From positions 515,096,001 to 515,160,000 of the forward strand of contig NC_091283.1 of NCBI RefSeq assembly GCF_032444005.1: a stretch of 64,000 bases of DNA, in the 5' to 3' direction. Both the position numbers and the translations under genes were made by a program. Each line of letters starts with the position of its first letter. Positions within the stretch are counted from its first letter, which is position 1. Below are positions 61,190-64,000 of the stretch, piece after piece. Source of the stretch: Ranitomeya imitator. Lineage: Eukaryota. A model generated the notes under the pieces. That model searched no databases and was not told where the DNA came from. It worked only from the letters and a program-made list of their open reading frames with translations.

Positions 61190-62268
61190 GCACCACCCGT
61201 TAAATGCCGCTGTCAAACTCTGACAGAGGCATTTAACGCGCACTTCCGGCCATCGGGCCGGAAAATCTGCCCATCGGTGACCCCCATCACGTGATTGTGG
61301 GTCACCAATGGGTTGGCATGACAACCAGAGGTCTCCTGGAGACCTCTATGGTTGTCACTGCCGGCTTGCTGTGAGCGCCACCCGGTGGTCGGCGCTCATA
61401 GCAAGTGAGGTATTCTGCTACATACAGGTGATCTGATCATTGCCTGTATGTAGCAGAGCCGATCGGGTTATTGCAGCTTCTAGTCTCCCATGGAGACTAT
61501 TGAAGCATGCCAAAAGTAAAGAAAAAAAAAAGTTTTTAAAAATATAAAAAAACTCATAAAAGTTCTAACCACCCCCCCCCCCTTTCGCCCCATTCAAAAT
61601 AAAAATCAAACACACATATTTGGTATCACCGTGTTCGGAATCGCCCGATCTACCAATTAAAATAAAGGATTAACCTGATCGCTAAAAGGCATAGCAAGAA
61701 TAAAGTAAAAATGACAGAATTACGTTTTTTGGGTCGCCACAACATTGCCATAACAGGCGATCAAAAGATCGTATCTGCACCAAAATGGTATCAATAAAAA
61801 CGTCAGCTCGGCCTCCAAAAAATAAGCCCCCACCCGAGATCATGAAAAATGGAGATGCTATGGATCTTGAAAAATGGCGCAATTTTTTTTTTTGTACAAA
61901 CTTTGGATTTTTTTTTCACCACTTAAATAAAAAAGAACCTATACATGTTTGGAGTCTATAAATCTGGAGAATCATAATGGCAGGTCAGTTTTAGCATTTG
62001 GTGAACATGGTAAAAAATAAAAATAAAAAAAAACATTGTGGAATTGCATCTTTTTTGCAATTTCACCAAACTTGGAATTTTTTATTGTGTTTAAGTACAC
62101 GATATTGTAAAACCAATGCTGTCGTTCAAAATTACAACTTGTCCTGCGAGAAACAAGCCCTCCAATGGCCATATTGACGGAAAAATAAAAAAGTTATGGC
62201 TCTGGGAAAAAGGGGAGTGAAAAACAGAAATGCAAAAGCGAAAATGGGCTCTGGTGCGAAGGGGTTAA
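61190..62268 (+). mobile_element. TTAA element copy D (divergent subfamily, 5'-truncated)
   Basis: Homologous hairpin block and body; ends GCGAAGGGGTTAA. Confidence 0.8.
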
Positions 62269-62339
62269 AAACAACAGTATCACTGTGCTTGATTGGCCAG
62301 CAAACTCGCCTGACCTTAGCCCCATAGGGTATTGTCAAG

Positions 62340-62770
62340 AGGAAGATGAGACACCAGACCCAACAGTGCAGACGAGCTGAAAGCTGCTATCAAAGCAACC
62401 TGGGCTTCCATAACACCTCAGCAGTGCAACAGGCTGATCGCCTCCATGTCACACCGCATTGATGCAGTAATTGATGCAAAAGGACCAAGTATTGAGTGCA
62501 TTTACTGAACATACGTTTCAGTAGGCCAACATTTCAGATTTTAAAATCCTTTTTCAAGCTGGTGTTATAAAGTATTCTCATTTACTGAGATAATGACTTT
62601 TGGGGTTTTCATTGGCTGTAAGCCATCATCATCAACATTAACAGAAAAAAACACTTGAAATAGATCACTCTGTCTGTAATGAATCTACATAATATGAGTT
62701 TCACTTTTTGTATTGAAGAACTGAAATAAATTAACTTTTTTGATATTCTAATTTTGTGAGAAGCACCTGT
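62340..62770 (+). mobile_element. Tc1-like 3' fragment
   Basis: RPNSADELKAAIKATWASITPQQCNRLIASM; ends TATTCTAATTTTGTGAGAAGCACCTGTA. Confidence 0.8.
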
Positions 62771-64000
62771 ATATATCTGAGGGCATCTTCTAGGGTTGCA
62801 CGTGTGCACAATAAGGACGCACAGCAGCAGTAAATCAAATAGTGCTGCAAGTTTTCCCTGTTTTTCTATCTCCATTGTGCTTGTTCCACAATGCGGGTTT
62901 GGCCTTACTCTGAGATAATTCTTTGGTGTTTTTTTTTACTTATTGAGGAAATGATTTATATCATGGGACATGTTATTGCATCATATGGTGCCCATGCTGC
63001 TATGACTGTTATGTCTCATATACATGATCTTTTGGGCATCTTGTGCCTTCCCAATCCAGAGAAGACTGACACAAGCAGCTTCTTAAGAGAGCGACTCTGT
63101 AGGCACTGTAATGTTGGCCATTAATCTTGTCACATGGTCTCCTGCATGGGTTACGAATGCCAGGATATAGATGAACAGAATATCAAGGGGAGAATTGTTG
63201 GAAAAAGTTGTGTTTTACATGCATCACGGATTTCTGTGGGCCTATTGAAGGGTAGGGCAATTAATTTTCCTGAGCGGCCAGATAAGAATCTGTCATAGTG
63301 CTGAATCAATGGATGGAACTTAATTCTGATCAATATTTTATCAGTTTAAAATAATCAGTAAATGATATGGTTTTGATTATCTGCTCCTGGTGTACGTGGT
63401 GCAGTAAGCTTTATGCTAACATGTTTCAGCAGTTCATCAAGTAGTTGAGAAATTAACTGCCCACCCCTGTGAAATGAATGGATCCACATGTGGGCTATTT
63501 AAAGAGGCTTCAGGGGTTGCTTACAATGGACCTAAAATGTTATCATCGCTTCAGGACTTTCACCAACATGTGCCACTCAGATAGTGCGGACGGTATGTCA
63601 CTATGTGCTTATTGGGCAGCACTGGCATTTTGGGAATTTATTGTGTGCTGTGCAGGCATGCACATAGTGAGGATTGCCGATAGACGGGTGTGTATAATAT
63701 AGCATCTACCCAGGTAGGTGCACGGCTTCTTATTAAACTTGATTTCCGGCCCTTTGGCTGTCCCTGTCCTTGGGACAGATGGGGCCCGCAGGCAGTAATT
63801 TCCCCAGGGTCTTGCCTATTGCATTTTTCTATACTATTTTTCACTACTGTATAATAGTAACACTAGTATGAACAATAATGAAATCCTGCAGAGTACCCTC
63901 CAAATAATGAGGACCAAATGCAGATCCCAGCAGTCATGCCACAGTCAGGATAATACACCCGCCTGAATTGTATTGTCTCACAAATCCCCCGTTAGCGGTC

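Overview
Vertebrate genomic DNA, almost certainly from a frog; the species is inferred from repeat families and gene sequences and was not verified. The window holds the conserved synteny block COPZ2(-) / NFE2L1(+) / CBX1(-) / SNX11(+). It contains COPZ2 exons 1-3, the complete NFE2L1 (Nrf1/TCF11) CDS in 5 coding exons (720 aa), the complete CBX1 (HP1-beta) CDS in 4 coding exons, and the first two coding exons of SNX11. The genes form two head-to-head pairs, each with a compact CpG-rich bidirectional promoter. The rest is dense with transposons (DIRS, Tc1/mariner, hAT, Harbinger- and T2/Kolobok-type MITEs, TTAA-flanked piggyBac-like elements, L2, Penelope-like, Helitron-like) and minisatellites. 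Most long ORFs in the track are repeat artefacts. The five most notable observations are: (1) CBX1 has TTG where vertebrate orthologs have the initiator ATG; (2) a Penelope-like insert carries two U3-A8 variant hammerhead ribozyme cores; (3) two unrelated DIRS elements have a spliceosomal intron in gag; (4) a TTAA element family carries a chain of hairpins with compensatory changes; (5) several unrelated non-autonomous elements carry outward-facing near-perfect 5' splice sites around a GC-rich core. Comparisons with human proteins are from memory and need alignment.
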